Of a DNA stretch of 62,766 bases, positions 32,908-42,854 are shown one piece after another. Made by a program: the position numbers and the translations under genes. The DNA is from an uncultured bacterium. GTDB lineage: Bacteria; Bacillota; Clostridia; Lachnospirales; Lachnospiraceae. The notes under the pieces are model-generated. The model did no database searches. It saw nothing but the letters and a program-made list of their open reading frames with translations, and was not told the DNA's origin. Position 1 is the stretch's first letter. Each line of letters opens with the position of its first letter. Location of the stretch: contig CALBJL010000049.1 in NCBI GenBank assembly GCA_937893485.1, positions 1 through 62,766 on the forward strand. Reading direction: 5' to 3'.

Positions 32908-33981
32908 ATGCGGGAAACAGGAGAAAAGAACGCAAAACTGCTACAGTGGCATCAGGCATTTTATGCAGGAATTCAGATTGAATTACAATCCTATGCCGGA
33001 GCGCTCACATTTGAAAATGAACATATGCTGAGTACAAAGCCGATGCAGATTGATGTGCTGGTGATCAAAAAAGAGCCACAGACCAACATTCAGAAAAATA
33101 TCGGCAGGATCTTCCGGACATATAACATTATCGAGTATAAGAGTCCGGATGACCATCTGAATACAGACGATTTTTACAAGGTCTATGGGTATGGCTGTTT
33201 TTACAAGTCAGATACAGTGGTGGTAGATCAGATACCGATTAGAGAACTGACGCTCACATTTGTGTGTTATCATTATCCCCGCAAAGTAATCAGGCATCTG
33301 GAGGAAATGCGAGGCTGTTTGACTGAAAAACAGGAAGCTGGCATCTATTATGTGACAGGCGACCTGATACCTATTCAGATCATAGTTGTACCGGAGTTGA
33401 CGGATGAGAAAAATCTGTGGCTGCACAGTCTGACCAACCGGATTCGGACATCGAAAACAGCAGCGCAGCTCATCCATGAGTATGAAGAACATAGACAAAA
33501 TCGATTGTATGAATCCGTGATGGAAATTGTCGTACGGTCAAACAGAAGTAAATTTCAGGAGGCGGACAGTATGTGTCAGGCATTATATGATTTATTTAAA
33601 GACCAGTTGGAACAGAAGGCAAGAGAGATGGCAGAAGAAAAAGTGGTGCAAATAGTCGCAGAAAAAGTAGAGCAGATGGCGGAAGAAAAGGCAGTGCAGA
33701 TGGCGGAAGAAAAGGCAGTGCAGATGGCGGAAGAAAAGGCAGTGCAGATGGCGGAAGAAAAGGCAGTGCAAATGGCAGAAGAACTGGCAGAACAAAAAGT
33801 AGCAAAAATGTCAGCAGATATATTTTCTGATGGAGAAATTGCCACGCAGGTGTCTTTAATAGCCAAAAAGATCAAAAGGGGAAAACCGCTTTCCGTTATA
33901 GCGGCTGAGTTGGAAGAAACGGAGGAAGTTATCCTGCCGTTATATAAGCGGGTAAGTGCACAACTGGCACTACAAGCATAA
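32908..33981 (+). CDS. PD-(D/E)XK-like (Rpn/YhgA-like) protein with repetitive coiled-coil C-terminus
   Basis: E..L..P.QIDVLVIK...NIIEYKS nuclease-like signature; QMAEEKAV repeats; HTH-like tail. Confidence 0.6.
   Translation: MRETGEKNAKLLQWHQAFYAGIQIELQSYAGALTFENEHMLSTKPMQIDVLVIKKEPQTNIQKNIGRIFRTYNIIEYKSPDDHLNTDDFYKVYGYGCFYKSDTVVVDQIPIRELTLTFVCYHYPRKVIRHLEEMRGCLTEKQEAGIYYVTGDLIPIQIIVVPELTDEKNLWLHSLTNRIRTSKTAAQLIHEYEEHRQNRLYESVMEIVVRSNRSKFQEADSMCQALYDLFKDQLEQKAREMAEEKVVQIVAEKVEQMAEEKAVQMAEEKAVQMAEEKAVQMAEEKAVQMAEELAEQKVAKMSADIFSDGEIATQVSLIAKKIKRGKPLSVIAAELEETEEVILPLYKRVSAQLALQA
33672..33767 (+). repeat. 24-bp in-frame tandem repeat, 4 exact copies with degenerate flanking copies
   Basis: GCAGATGGCGGAAGAAAAGGCAGT at 33672, 33696, 33720, 33744. 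Confidence 0.97.
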
Positions 33982-34063
33982 CATCATCGGTAAAAGAAAA
34001 CCACCGGGCATGAGACTGTGAACATATCACAGAGCATGTCAGGTGGTCTTTTTTTGACTCAGA

Positions 34064-34948
34064 TTATTGATCCGGATTACTTTTCTTATCCGGAATTGCA
34101 AAATCAGGATGTTCGCCAAGCCATGTCGTCTGGGGCATGCAGCTGAGCATCCACAGGTCATCCTCGGATAGTGCAAAATCAAAGATGTCTGCGTTAGCCT
34201 TCATATGTTCATAGGAAGAAGCCTTCGGGATCGGAAGGATTCCTTTTTGCAGGAGAAACCGCAGGCAGATCTGGGCGATCGAGCGGTCATATTTCTTTGC
34301 CAGCCGGTCGAGGATGGCATTTCCGGCGAGCGCGTTTTCACGGCCTCTACCGAGTGGACTCCATGCCATCGGAACGATGTCGTTTGCCTTGCAAAATGCG
34401 ACAGCCGCCTCCTGTGAATAGCCCGGATGCAGCTCAAGTTGGTCGACAACGGGTTTGATCCGGCAGTGATCCAGCAGGTTTTGCAGATGGTGCGGCAGGA
34501 AATTACTGCATCCGAGGGCACGTACTTTTCCCTCATCGACGAGCTCCTCCAGTGCACGCCAGGTCTCCAGATCCAGCTCCTTCCAGTTCTCATCATCCGC
34601 TCCGGTCTGGCGCGGCCAGTGGATCATATACAGATCTACATAGTCCATTTGCAGGCGCTCTAAAGAGGCAGTCAGAGCCTTTTTTGCGTTTTCATATCCC
34701 ATCTCATCGATCCACAGCTTCGTCTCAATGATAAAATCCTCGCGCGGCAGCCCGCTTTCCTTGATCGCTGCACCGAGTGCCCGTTCCGTCTCATACAAAG
34801 AGGCGGCATCGAAAAAACGGTATCCGGCGCGGATTGCATCGAGAATTACGGCTTTTCCGTCGTCTTTGATCGTCTGGTAAGTCCCAAAACCAACACACGG
34901 CAGCTTCATGCCGTTGTTAAGTGTGTAGCAGTCCTGTATAGATTTCAT
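34064..34948 (-). CDS. Aldo/keto reductase
   Basis: LNNG..PCVGFGT, DAASLY, DLYMIHWP, GCSNF, PIPKA. Confidence 0.93.
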   Translation of the reverse strand: MKSIQDCYTLNNGMKLPCVGFGTYQTIKDDGKAVILDAIRAGYRFFDAASLYETERALGAAIKESGLPREDFIIETKLWIDEMGYENAKKALTASLERLQMDYVDLYMIHWPRQTGADDENWKELDLETWRALEELVDEGKVRALGCSNFLPHHLQNLLDHCRIKPVVDQLELHPGYSQEAAVAFCKANDIVPMAWSPLGRGRENALAGNAILDRLAKKYDRSIAQICLRFLLQKGILPIPKASSYEHMKANADIFDFALSEDDLWMLSCMPQTTWLGEHPDFAIPDKKSNPDQ

Positions 34949-35078
34949 ATAATACCTCCAAATCATCATTTGTTATCTCTATTCTAAGAGCAATAGTGGT
35001 CGAATGCAAGGGGAATCTTTAAGTTGTGTTTTCCGGCAATCTATGGTACTCTGAAAAAAAGGAGGGGGGAATGAAAAA

Positions 35079-36650
35079 ATGATACAACATAAATTATTTA
35101 AAAAATGTCTGACACTGGCACTTGCCGTGGCAACTGCAGTGACATCTGCAAGCGTACCGGGAGGACTGCTGGCACCGGAGAAAGTGTATGCGGAGGATGC
35201 GGCTCAGGATAAAGATCAGCAGGAGGCACCAGAAGGGGTTGATTTGTTAGCAAGCGTAAACGAAGAATATACGGCGTATATTATCAGGGTGATGAATCTG
35301 GTGGACACTGATGAGGTAAAATATGAGTATCGTATCGGTGATGAGACCGAGTATAAACCTATGGCTGAGCTTGAGAAGAAGGAGTTTGGCGCTGATATAA
35401 CGGTCGAGTTGTATGTGAGAAAGGCTGAAACAGAGACGATGGCTGCTTCTCCGGCTACAAAGGGTGCGATCACGACTCGACCAGCAAGCGAAGCTCCGGT
35501 GATTTCCGGTGAGGAGAAGTTTAAGGATTCCACCACCGTGACGATTACAGGTAAGGAAAACATTTACTATACAACGGATGGTACAGCACCGACAGCGAAA
35601 TCGGCTGAATATACAGCCCCGATTCAAGTCACATCAACGGCTGCGATCAAGGCGATTGCGATACAAGATGGTCACATCATGAGTGCTGTGGTCGAAAAGA
35701 CATTTACAAAAGAATCTTCCGGCGGAAGCAGCTCCGGTGGAAGTAGTTCTGGTGGAAGTAGTTCCGGTAGCAGCAGCTCCGGCAGCAGTTCATCGGGCGG
35801 TTCAACCGAGAGTGGATCTGAAACCACTCCGCCACAGGACGATAACAAGAGCAATGTTACGACCAGAACCGAGACCAGAGAGGACGGCACGATCGTAACC
35901 ACGACCGAGACATGGGCGGAGGACGGTTCCGTACAGATCAGGACAGAGATCAGAAATGAAGAGACCGGAATGAGTATAGTGGTCAATGTATCGAAGAATG
36001 CCAAAGGCAAGATCACTTCAGCGGCTGCAGAAATCTTTGACAGAGGCTTCGGCAATGTGAAGATCACAGGCGCAGCGCTTTCAGAGATCGTGAATGCAGC
36101 AGGTACGAAGAATGTAAATACCACAATAAAGATGCTCACGAAAAACGGCTGGGTCATCCGGGAAGTGTCGGTCAATGCAAATACCCTGCTGAAAAAAACG
36201 TCGCTGAGAAATAAAAAAATGAAAGTCATTGAGATAGATCCCGAAACAGGTGAAAAGATTGTGGTAAGTAAAACTCCGTTCAAAGTAGCGGCAGATGGAA
36301 GTATTGAACTGGATCACAATGAGCTGGGCTACGGAATCTATGAGATAGTGACAGCCGCCGAGGAAGAAGCGCTCACGAAGAAACTGCTGCGGTCGGTCAA
36401 ATCCGCGAAACAATCAACCAGCATCAGTGAGGGCAAAAAGACATGGTTTCAAATAGACAACGGGATAAGCTGGTACAATATCGATGATGTGACTTATTCG
36501 ACCGTCAATCCGAAGGTGGCGAAAGTTGATTCAGAAGGCAGGATCACGGGTCTGAAACCCGGAAAAACAATCATTAAGGCAGTTGTCAGACTGAAAAATG
36601 GCAAGTCGAAAGTTTTAAGGATGGTTGTGACCGTGAATGAGAAAAATTAA
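35079..36650 (+). CDS. Secreted protein with Fn3-associated/CHB_HEX_C-like and Big_2 domains
   Basis: Signal peptide (VYA), IYYTTDGTAPT, S/G-rich linker, NPKVAKVDSEGRITGLKPG. Confidence 0.75.
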   Translation: MIQHKLFKKCLTLALAVATAVTSASVPGGLLAPEKVYAEDAAQDKDQQEAPEGVDLLASVNEEYTAYIIRVMNLVDTDEVKYEYRIGDETEYKPMAELEKKEFGADITVELYVRKAETETMAASPATKGAITTRPASEAPVISGEEKFKDSTTVTITGKENIYYTTDGTAPTAKSAEYTAPIQVTSTAAIKAIAIQDGHIMSAVVEKTFTKESSGGSSSGGSSSGGSSSGSSSSGSSSSGGSTESGSETTPPQDDNKSNVTTRTETREDGTIVTTTETWAEDGSVQIRTEIRNEETGMSIVVNVSKNAKGKITSAAAEIFDRGFGNVKITGAALSEIVNAAGTKNVNTTIKMLTKNGWVIREVSVNANTLLKKTSLRNKKMKVIEIDPETGEKIVVSKTPFKVAADGSIELDHNELGYGIYEIVTAAEEEALTKKLLRSVKSAKQSTSISEGKKTWFQIDNGISWYNIDDVTYSTVNPKVAKVDSEGRITGLKPGKTIIKAVVRLKNGKSKVLRMVVTVNEKN

Positions 36651-36763
36651 CGGACATCAGAAAGCCGGCTCTTAGCCAATAAAGATCCCCCCATGGGGCT
36701 TGCGCTTTTTCTGTTCTATGGTAAAGTAGGATCAGTAAAAACAAGTTTTAGGAGGGAGTTTTT

Positions 36764-37759
36764 ATGCACATGGCAGATGCGCTGGTCACGCCGGCAGTGG
36801 CAGGTACGATGTATGTATGCTCGGCGGCAGTGGCAGCTTATTCAGTAAAAAAAGTAAGGTTGGAGAACGAACCGAAAAAAATACCACTTATGGGCGTGAT
36901 GGGAGCGTTTGTGTTTGCCACACAGATGATCAATTTTACGATTCCGGGAACCGGCTCGAGTGGACATCTGTGCGGAGGCATGCTGTTATCATCACTGCTC
37001 GGTCCGTATGCGGGCTTTTTGACGATGATTGGTGTGCTGCTGATCCAATGCCTGTTTTTTGCGGACGGCGGATTGCTCGCACTCGGCTGTAATGTGTGGA
37101 ATATGGCATTTTACGGATGCTTTATCGGGGCGCTGATCTGGCAGGCTGTGACAAAAAAAGGTTATTCCAAGCGCCGGATTGCAGCCGCATCGGTGCTGGG
37201 CTGTGTGTTGACCTTGCAGATGGGAGCATTTAGTGTGACGCTCGAGACACTTGCATCAGGGATCACAGAGCTGCCGTTTGGTGTGTTTGTGGCGACGATG
37301 CAGCCGATCCATCTGGCGATTGGCGCGGTGGAAGGTCTGATCACGGCGGCGGTACTTGTATTTATCTATGAGGCAAGACCGGAATTATTATATGGAAAAA
37401 ACGCGGCAGTGTCAGCGGGTGGAAAGCTGTCCTTTGGAAAGACACTGGCTGTGCTGGCGATCGCGGCAGTTGTGATCGGCGGCGGGTTGTCGCTGGTGGC
37501 ATCTGAATATCCGGATGGGCTGGAATGGTCGATGGAGCAGGTGGCAGGTACGACCGAGCTGCAGGCGGACGGCGAAGCGTATGAGGCTGCGGCAGCCGTG
37601 CAGAATGCGACAGCGGTATTACCGGATTATGCGTTTCAGTCCTCAGATACAGCGGCAGGGACAGTTGTCTCCGGTATCGTGGGAAGTGTGATTGTCGTGG
37701 CAGTATGCGTAGGGGCATGCTATGTATTTCGATTTTTCAGGAGAAAACAGACAGCATGA
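36764..37759 (+). CDS. cbiM: ECF transporter S component CbiM/NikM fused to PDGLE domain
   Basis: MHMAD N-terminus, GSSGHL, ADGGLLALG, ASEYPDGLEW. Confidence 0.88.
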   Translation: MHMADALVTPAVAGTMYVCSAAVAAYSVKKVRLENEPKKIPLMGVMGAFVFATQMINFTIPGTGSSGHLCGGMLLSSLLGPYAGFLTMIGVLLIQCLFFADGGLLALGCNVWNMAFYGCFIGALIWQAVTKKGYSKRRIAAASVLGCVLTLQMGAFSVTLETLASGITELPFGVFVATMQPIHLAIGAVEGLITAAVLVFIYEARPELLYGKNAAVSAGGKLSFGKTLAVLAIAAVVIGGGLSLVASEYPDGLEWSMEQVAGTTELQADGEAYEAAAAVQNATAVLPDYAFQSSDTAAGTVVSGIVGSVIVVAVCVGACYVFRFFRRKQTA

Positions 37760-38562
37760 GCCGGATGGGAAATGCGATTTATGAAATAAATGCGATGGAA
37801 ACACTCGCAGCGAGAGACCAGTGGATGAACCATATACATCCACTGGTTAAATTTATATTGACGGTCAGTTATATTGCGGTTGTGGTGTCGTTTCCGAAGT
37901 ACGATCTGAGCCGACTGCTTGCGATGGCGGTCTATCCGATTGCAGGATTTCTGCTGGCAGAATTATCATTTGGAAAATGTCTGCGGCGGCTGCGCGTCGT
38001 GCTTCCGCTTGTCTGTGTCGTAGGGCTGGCAAATCCTTTTTTTGACCGGACAGCAGTCTGGATCGGAAATGTCTGCGTGCGCGCCGGAGTGATTTCCATG
38101 CTTACGCTGATGCTGAAAGGCATATTTGCGGTGCTGGCATCGTATCTGCTCGTCGCGACAACCACACTGGAACAGATCTGTTATGCGCTGCAGCTGCTGC
38201 ATTTGCCGCGTATCATTGTGACACAGATTTTGTTGACCGGACGTTACCTGACGCTGCTGCTCGCAGAGGTGAACCGCACCACACAGGCATACGCCCTGCG
38301 TGCGCCGAACCAGAAGGGTGTGCACTACAAAGTATGGGGTTCGCTGACCGGACAACTGCTGCTGCGCAGCATTGACCGTGCCAATGAGTTATATGAAAGC
38401 ATGACCTTGCGTGGTTATACCGGGGATTTTGGCTATCTGGGTGCACATATGCACATGCGGTCGCAGGATCTGGTGTATCTCGTTATCTGGTGCGCTGTAT
38501 TTGCAGTCGTGCGCAGGGTGCCGGTGATTTTATGGGTAGGACGGTTCATAACAGGAGTATAA
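37756..38562 (+). CDS. cbiQ: ECF transporter T component CbiQ/NikQ
   Basis: HPLVK, RYL..L, RSIDRA..YESM.LRGY. Confidence 0.88.
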   Translation: MSRMGNAIYEINAMETLAARDQWMNHIHPLVKFILTVSYIAVVVSFPKYDLSRLLAMAVYPIAGFLLAELSFGKCLRRLRVVLPLVCVVGLANPFFDRTAVWIGNVCVRAGVISMLTLMLKGIFAVLASYLLVATTTLEQICYALQLLHLPRIIVTQILLTGRYLTLLLAEVNRTTQAYALRAPNQKGVHYKVWGSLTGQLLLRSIDRANELYESMTLRGYTGDFGYLGAHMHMRSQDLVYLVIWCAVFAVVRRVPVILWVGRFITGV

Positions 38563-38564
38563 AA

Positions 38565-39299
38565 ATGATCAGTATTCATGTGAAAGATGTCTCTTTTTCC
38601 TATGAGCAGGGAACAGAGATCTTAAAGCATCTGTCTTTTGATGTGTGTAAGCGGGAGTCGGTCGGGCTCATTGGGGCAAACGGTGCGGGAAAATCAACGC
38701 TGCTCAAGCTGCTGGTGGGGCTGAATCCGGTGGATTCGGGAACGATTCAGATCGGGGAATATTCCATGAAAAAACAATATCTGCCGCAGATCCGTGCGAA
38801 GCTGGGCTATGTGTTTCAGGATTCAGACAGCCAGCTATTTATGTCCACGGTGTATGAGGACATCGCCTTTGCACCGAGAAATTATGGGCTGTCACCGGAG
38901 GAGATCGATCAGCGGGTGGATCAGGCGCTGGCGCTCACCGGAATCGGGCATTTGCGGGACCGCCAGATCCACAGGCTTTCCGGTGGGGAGAAAAAGCTGG
39001 TATCGATCGCAACGATTCTGTCGATGATGCCCGAGGCGCTGCTGATGGATGAGCCGTCGATCGCGCTCGATCCGCGCAACCGGAGAAACCTTATTCATAT
39101 TCTCAATACGCTTGATCTGCCCAAAATCATCGCTTCGCATGATCTGGATATGATTCTGGAGACATGCTCCCGCACGATTTTATTGTCGGACGGTGAGATC
39201 GTATGTGATGGACCGACAGAGGAGATTCTGCGGAATCGGGAGCTGCTCGAGACAAACGGGCTGGAACTGCCCTTGTGTATGCAGGCATCTGGCAGATGA
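38565..39299 (+). CDS. cbiO: ECF transporter ATPase CbiO/NikO
   Basis: GANGAGKS, LSGGEKK, MDEP, SHD. Confidence 0.9.
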   Translation: MISIHVKDVSFSYEQGTEILKHLSFDVCKRESVGLIGANGAGKSTLLKLLVGLNPVDSGTIQIGEYSMKKQYLPQIRAKLGYVFQDSDSQLFMSTVYEDIAFAPRNYGLSPEEIDQRVDQALALTGIGHLRDRQIHRLSGGEKKLVSIATILSMMPEALLMDEPSIALDPRNRRNLIHILNTLDLPKIIASHDLDMILETCSRTILLSDGEIVCDGPTEEILRNRELLETNGLELPLCMQASGR

Positions 39300-39374
39300 T
39301 TTATTGCTAAAACGAGCTAGGAATGGACAGCAACGAATCATTTGCGAAAAAGTGAAAAATGTTGAAAATAATTA

Positions 39375-39403
39375 TTGACAAATCACATACAAGTGTATAT
39401 AAT
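39375..39403 (+). promoter_or_regulatory. Consensus sigma-70 promoter of the tRNA
   Basis: TTGACA-N17-TATAAT. Confidence 0.9.
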
Positions 39404-39417
39404 AATTTTTGTTGTGA

Positions 39418-39489
39418 AGCGCTATCGCCAAATGGTAAGGCAACGGACTCTGACTCCGTCATTTCCAGGTTCGAGCCCTGGTAGCGCTG
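39418..39489 (+). tRNA. tRNA-Gln (anticodon CTG), CCA not encoded
   Basis: Acceptor AGCGCTA/TAGCGCT, D arm, ACGGA-CTCTGAC-TCCGT, CCAGG-TTCGAGC-CCTGG. Confidence 0.96.
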
Positions 39490-39492
39490 CTG

Positions 39493-39522
39493 AGGCATCC
39501 GAGTTTATCGGATGCCTTTTTT
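39493..39522 (+). terminator. tRNA terminator
   Basis: AGGCATCCGA/TCGGATGCCT followed by T run. Confidence 0.9.
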
Positions 39523-39633
39523 GCGTTTTTTATTGGAGTACAGAAAGGTGTTAGAGGTGTACAATTTGATTTTTGCAGGGTATAATAGTTAATAGTTGTG
39601 AGTCGAAATGCAGAAGCAAAGGGGATAAATACA

Positions 39634-40410
39634 ATGAGATTAGCAATTTTAGGAAACGGATTTTTGGCAGGCATTGTCGTGGAGGCTGCGAAAAAAGGGT
39701 TGCTTGCGGACTATGAGCTGGTAGGAGTGCTCGGCAGGAGTGAGGACAAGACAAAAGCGCTCGCAGAAAAAGCAGGGTGTAAAGCCTGCTTTACGATAGA
39801 GGAATTGCTGGCGCAGCAGCCGGATATTGTAGCGGAGGCTGCTTCTGTGGCGGCAGTAAAGGATTACGCAGAGCAGATTTTATCTGCGGGTGCGAGTCTG
39901 GCGGTGCTTTCGATCGGGGCGTTTGCGGATCAGGCATTTTATGAAAAAACCGCACAGACCGCAAAAGCAAACGGCACAAAGGTACATATCGCATCCGGCG
40001 CGATCGGCGGCTTTGATGTATTGCGCACCGTATCGCTGATGGATCAGGCGCGCGTGACCTTTGAGACACATAAGGGGCCTGCATCCCTGCAGAATACGCC
40101 GCTGTTTACTGAACAGCTCATGACGGATACCGATGAGACAAAGGTGTTTGCCGGCACTGCAAAGGAGGCGATCGCATTGCTTCCGACGAAGGTCAATGTG
40201 GCAGTGGCGGCATCGCTTGCGAGTGTCGGGCCTGACGCAGAGCATGTAGAGATCACGAGTGTTCCCAGATTTGTCGGCGACGATCACCGGATCACGGCTC
40301 AGATCGACGGTGTGAAGGCGGTTGTAGATGTTTATTCGTCGACGAGTGCGATTGCCGGATGGAGTATTGTGGCATTGCTGCAAAATCTGGCATCTCCGAT
40401 CGTATTTTAA
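39634..40410 (+). CDS. nadX: Aspartate dehydrogenase-like (NadX/DUF108) protein
   Basis: GNGFLA Rossmann, VAEAAS, SGAIGGFD, P.KVNVA motifs. Confidence 0.75.
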   Translation: MRLAILGNGFLAGIVVEAAKKGLLADYELVGVLGRSEDKTKALAEKAGCKACFTIEELLAQQPDIVAEAASVAAVKDYAEQILSAGASLAVLSIGAFADQAFYEKTAQTAKANGTKVHIASGAIGGFDVLRTVSLMDQARVTFETHKGPASLQNTPLFTEQLMTDTDETKVFAGTAKEAIALLPTKVNVAVAASLASVGPDAEHVEITSVPRFVGDDHRITAQIDGVKAVVDVYSSTSAIAGWSIVALLQNLASPIVF

Positions 40411-40424
40411 AGGGGGGGGAATCG

Positions 40425-41318
40425 ATGATGTTTGAAAAATTAGTAGCGATTGAGCCGGTGCATCTGGTAGATGCCGGCATCGCTGGACTGAAAAAATATG
40501 CAAAAGAGGTCATTCTCTACGACGATATTCCGGCAGACGATGCCGAGATCGTGCGCCGTATCGGCGATGCGGACGCGGTACTCGTGTGCTATACTTCACG
40601 CATTACCGGAGAGACACTGGCACAGTGTCCGAACGTGAGATATGTCGGTATGTGCTGCAGCCTGTATTCCGAGGCGAGTGCCAATGTGGATATTGCCTAT
40701 GCCAGAGCGCATGGCATCGATGTGAGAGGCATCCGTGATTATGGCGACCGGGGCGTCGTAGAATTTGTTTTGTGCGAGCTAGTGCGTTTTCTGCACGGCT
40801 ATGACCGTCCGATGTGGAAGGATCAGCCGCAGGAGATCACACGTTTGAAAACCGGTATCATTGGCTTGGGCGTATCGGGTGGCATGATCGCGGACGCATT
40901 GCAATTTATGGGTGCGGAGGTCAGCTATTACAGCCGTTCCAGAAAACAGAAAAAAGAGGCGGCGGGGCTGATTTACCGCGAACTGGATGAGCTGTTGCGG
41001 CACTGTGATGTGGTATTTACCTGTCTGAATAAAAATGTGATCCTGTTAGGCGGGAAAGAGTTTGCGCAGCTTGGAGACGGAAAGCTGTTGTTTAATACCT
41101 CCATTGGACCATCTCACGAGATCGAGGCATTGAAGCAGTGGCTGTCACATGGAAATAACTGGTTCATCTGCGATACAGCAGGCGCGGTTGGGGACGTTTC
41201 ATTGATGGATGATGCACATGTAGTCTGCGAACAGGCTTCTGCGGGCTGTACTGCACAGGCATATGAACTGCTCACCGAGAAAGTGTTAAAAAATATCGCA
41301 GACCATTTGGAAAGTTAA
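40425..41318 (+). CDS. D-isomer 2-hydroxyacid dehydrogenase-like NAD-binding protein
   Basis: ANVD, GIIGLGVSG, LDELL..CDVV. Confidence 0.75.
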   Translation: MMFEKLVAIEPVHLVDAGIAGLKKYAKEVILYDDIPADDAEIVRRIGDADAVLVCYTSRITGETLAQCPNVRYVGMCCSLYSEASANVDIAYARAHGIDVRGIRDYGDRGVVEFVLCELVRFLHGYDRPMWKDQPQEITRLKTGIIGLGVSGGMIADALQFMGAEVSYYSRSRKQKKEAAGLIYRELDELLRHCDVVFTCLNKNVILLGGKEFAQLGDGKLLFNTSIGPSHEIEALKQWLSHGNNWFICDTAGAVGDVSLMDDAHVVCEQASAGCTAQAYELLTEKVLKNIADHLES

Positions 41319-41326
41319 GGACAATA

Positions 41327-41361
41327 AAAAGGAAACAGGCGATTATGGTCTGTTTCCTTTT
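41327..41361. terminator. Bidirectional terminator
   Basis: AAAAGGAAACAG/CTGTTTCCTTTT. Confidence 0.8.
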
Positions 41362-41377
41362 GTCGTAATACCGTATT

Positions 41378-42028
41378 TTAATATCCGAGCGTATCACCGA
41401 CCAGAATCACGTGAATACGGTCGGCGGTATAGCTTCTGCGTGTGATGACCGTGTGGCTGCACATGCACTCCGGTGAGAGACAGTCATGGCAGAATCCGGT
41501 CACTGCGCAGGGCGTGGATTTGCCGAGGCGCACACCGTTTGCGGATGCCGCGATGTCATGGACTCTGCGGATGCCGTCGTCTACCGTGGATACGATTTTG
41601 TTCATGCCGACAACGAGTACAACATGCTCCGGTCCGTAGATCAGGGCAGCGACACGGTTGCCGTTGCCGTCAATATTGATCAGCTCGCCGTCCTTCGTGA
41701 TGGCATTGGAACTCATAAAATAGACATCGCTGCTCAGGGCATCGTGGTAGATCTGTTTGATCTCTGCGGCATCTTTTGCCTGACTGCGGTCTAAAAGTGT
41801 AATATCGGTGCGGCTTTTCAGCATATCCATGATACCGGTTTCGGACAGCGTCATAGAGCCGCCAAATGATACGGTCGATCCGGCGGGAGTCAGTGTTTTC
41901 GCCAGTTCGACGGCTGCGGCGCAGTCTGCGCAGTAATAGCCTCTCATATTTCTTTTTTCCAAAGCCTTAATAATCGTTTCTGCCTGATGTTCATAGTTTT
42001 TCTGCATGATTTCAGATACATGTGACAT
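41378..42028 (-). CDS. LUD-domain (lactate utilization C-like) protein
   Basis: GGSMTL, SSNAIT.DGELINIDGNGNRV, VGMNKIV, Cys cluster. Confidence 0.85.
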   Translation of the reverse strand: MSHVSEIMQKNYEHQAETIIKALEKRNMRGYYCADCAAAVELAKTLTPAGSTVSFGGSMTLSETGIMDMLKSRTDITLLDRSQAKDAAEIKQIYHDALSSDVYFMSSNAITKDGELINIDGNGNRVAALIYGPEHVVLVVGMNKIVSTVDDGIRRVHDIAASANGVRLGKSTPCAVTGFCHDCLSPECMCSHTVITRRSYTADRIHVILVGDTLGY

Positions 42029-42068
42029 AGTGAGTCCTCCCTTTCTTCCTTATATATAGTAGCCGTGC

Positions 42069-42704
42069 TTATACGCCGACTTTTTTGCATACTTCGGCGC
42101 AGCAGCAGCGCTCGCAGTGCGGTGAAGTGCGCGCGGTGCAGACATCCCTGCCATGATAGACCAGACGGTGACAGAAATCGCTGCTTTCCTCCGGCGGAAT
42201 GAGTTTCCAAAGCTCCATTTCGACCTTTTTCGGATCTTTGATTCCATCGACGAGCCCCATACGGTTCACAAGCCGGATGCAGTGCGTATCAGTGACGATC
42301 GCAGGTTTTCCGAATACATCGCCCATGATCAGATTCGCGCTCTTTCTGCCGACTCCGGGCAGGGAGAGCAGCGCATCAAAGTCGTCCGGTACGCTGCTGC
42401 CGAAATCATCGCGCAGCATTTTCATACAGGCGCTAATGTCGCGCGCTTTGCTGTGGCCGAGTCCGCAGGGTTTGACAATTGCTTCAATATCTGCGACATC
42501 CGCATCGGCAAGTGCCTCCACGGAGGGGTATTTTTCATATAATCCCTGCACGACGACATTCACGCGGGCATCGGTACACTGTGCGGCGAGACGGACGCTG
42601 ACGAGCAGCTTCCATGCTTCGTTGTAGTCCAGTGTGCATCCTGCGTCGGGATATTCTTTTTTCAGGCATTCTATGAGCGCGAGTGCGCGTTCTTTCTTTC
42701 GCAT
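42069..42704 (-). CDS. nth: Endonuclease III
   Basis: LAAQCTD, LPGVGRKSA HhH, DTH, C-x6-C-x2-C-x5-C. Confidence 0.95.
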   Translation of the reverse strand: MRKKERALALIECLKKEYPDAGCTLDYNEAWKLLVSVRLAAQCTDARVNVVVQGLYEKYPSVEALADADVADIEAIVKPCGLGHSKARDISACMKMLRDDFGSSVPDDFDALLSLPGVGRKSANLIMGDVFGKPAIVTDTHCIRLVNRMGLVDGIKDPKKVEMELWKLIPPEESSDFCHRLVYHGRDVCTARTSPHCERCCCAEVCKKVGV

Positions 42705-42854
42705 AATCAGTTCCTCATGTTTATTATTTATCAGTTAGTATACATCTTTCACGCGTGGAGTACAATGTGAAAAAAGCAAATACTCGTTCCATGTCCTGTA
42801 CTTTTTGGTGTAAAATGGATACACTAATGATATTATTTTTACGGAGGATTTGGC

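Noticed and set aside
33672..33767. 24-bp repeats as a CRISPR array
   Set aside because: No spacers; a coding tandem repeat
35716..35820. SSGGS-type repeats
   Set aside because: Ordinary degenerate low-complexity linker in a secreted protein
39418..39489. tRNA as an integration site for a prophage or island
   Set aside because: No integrase nearby and no duplicated tRNA 3' end noticed in the window
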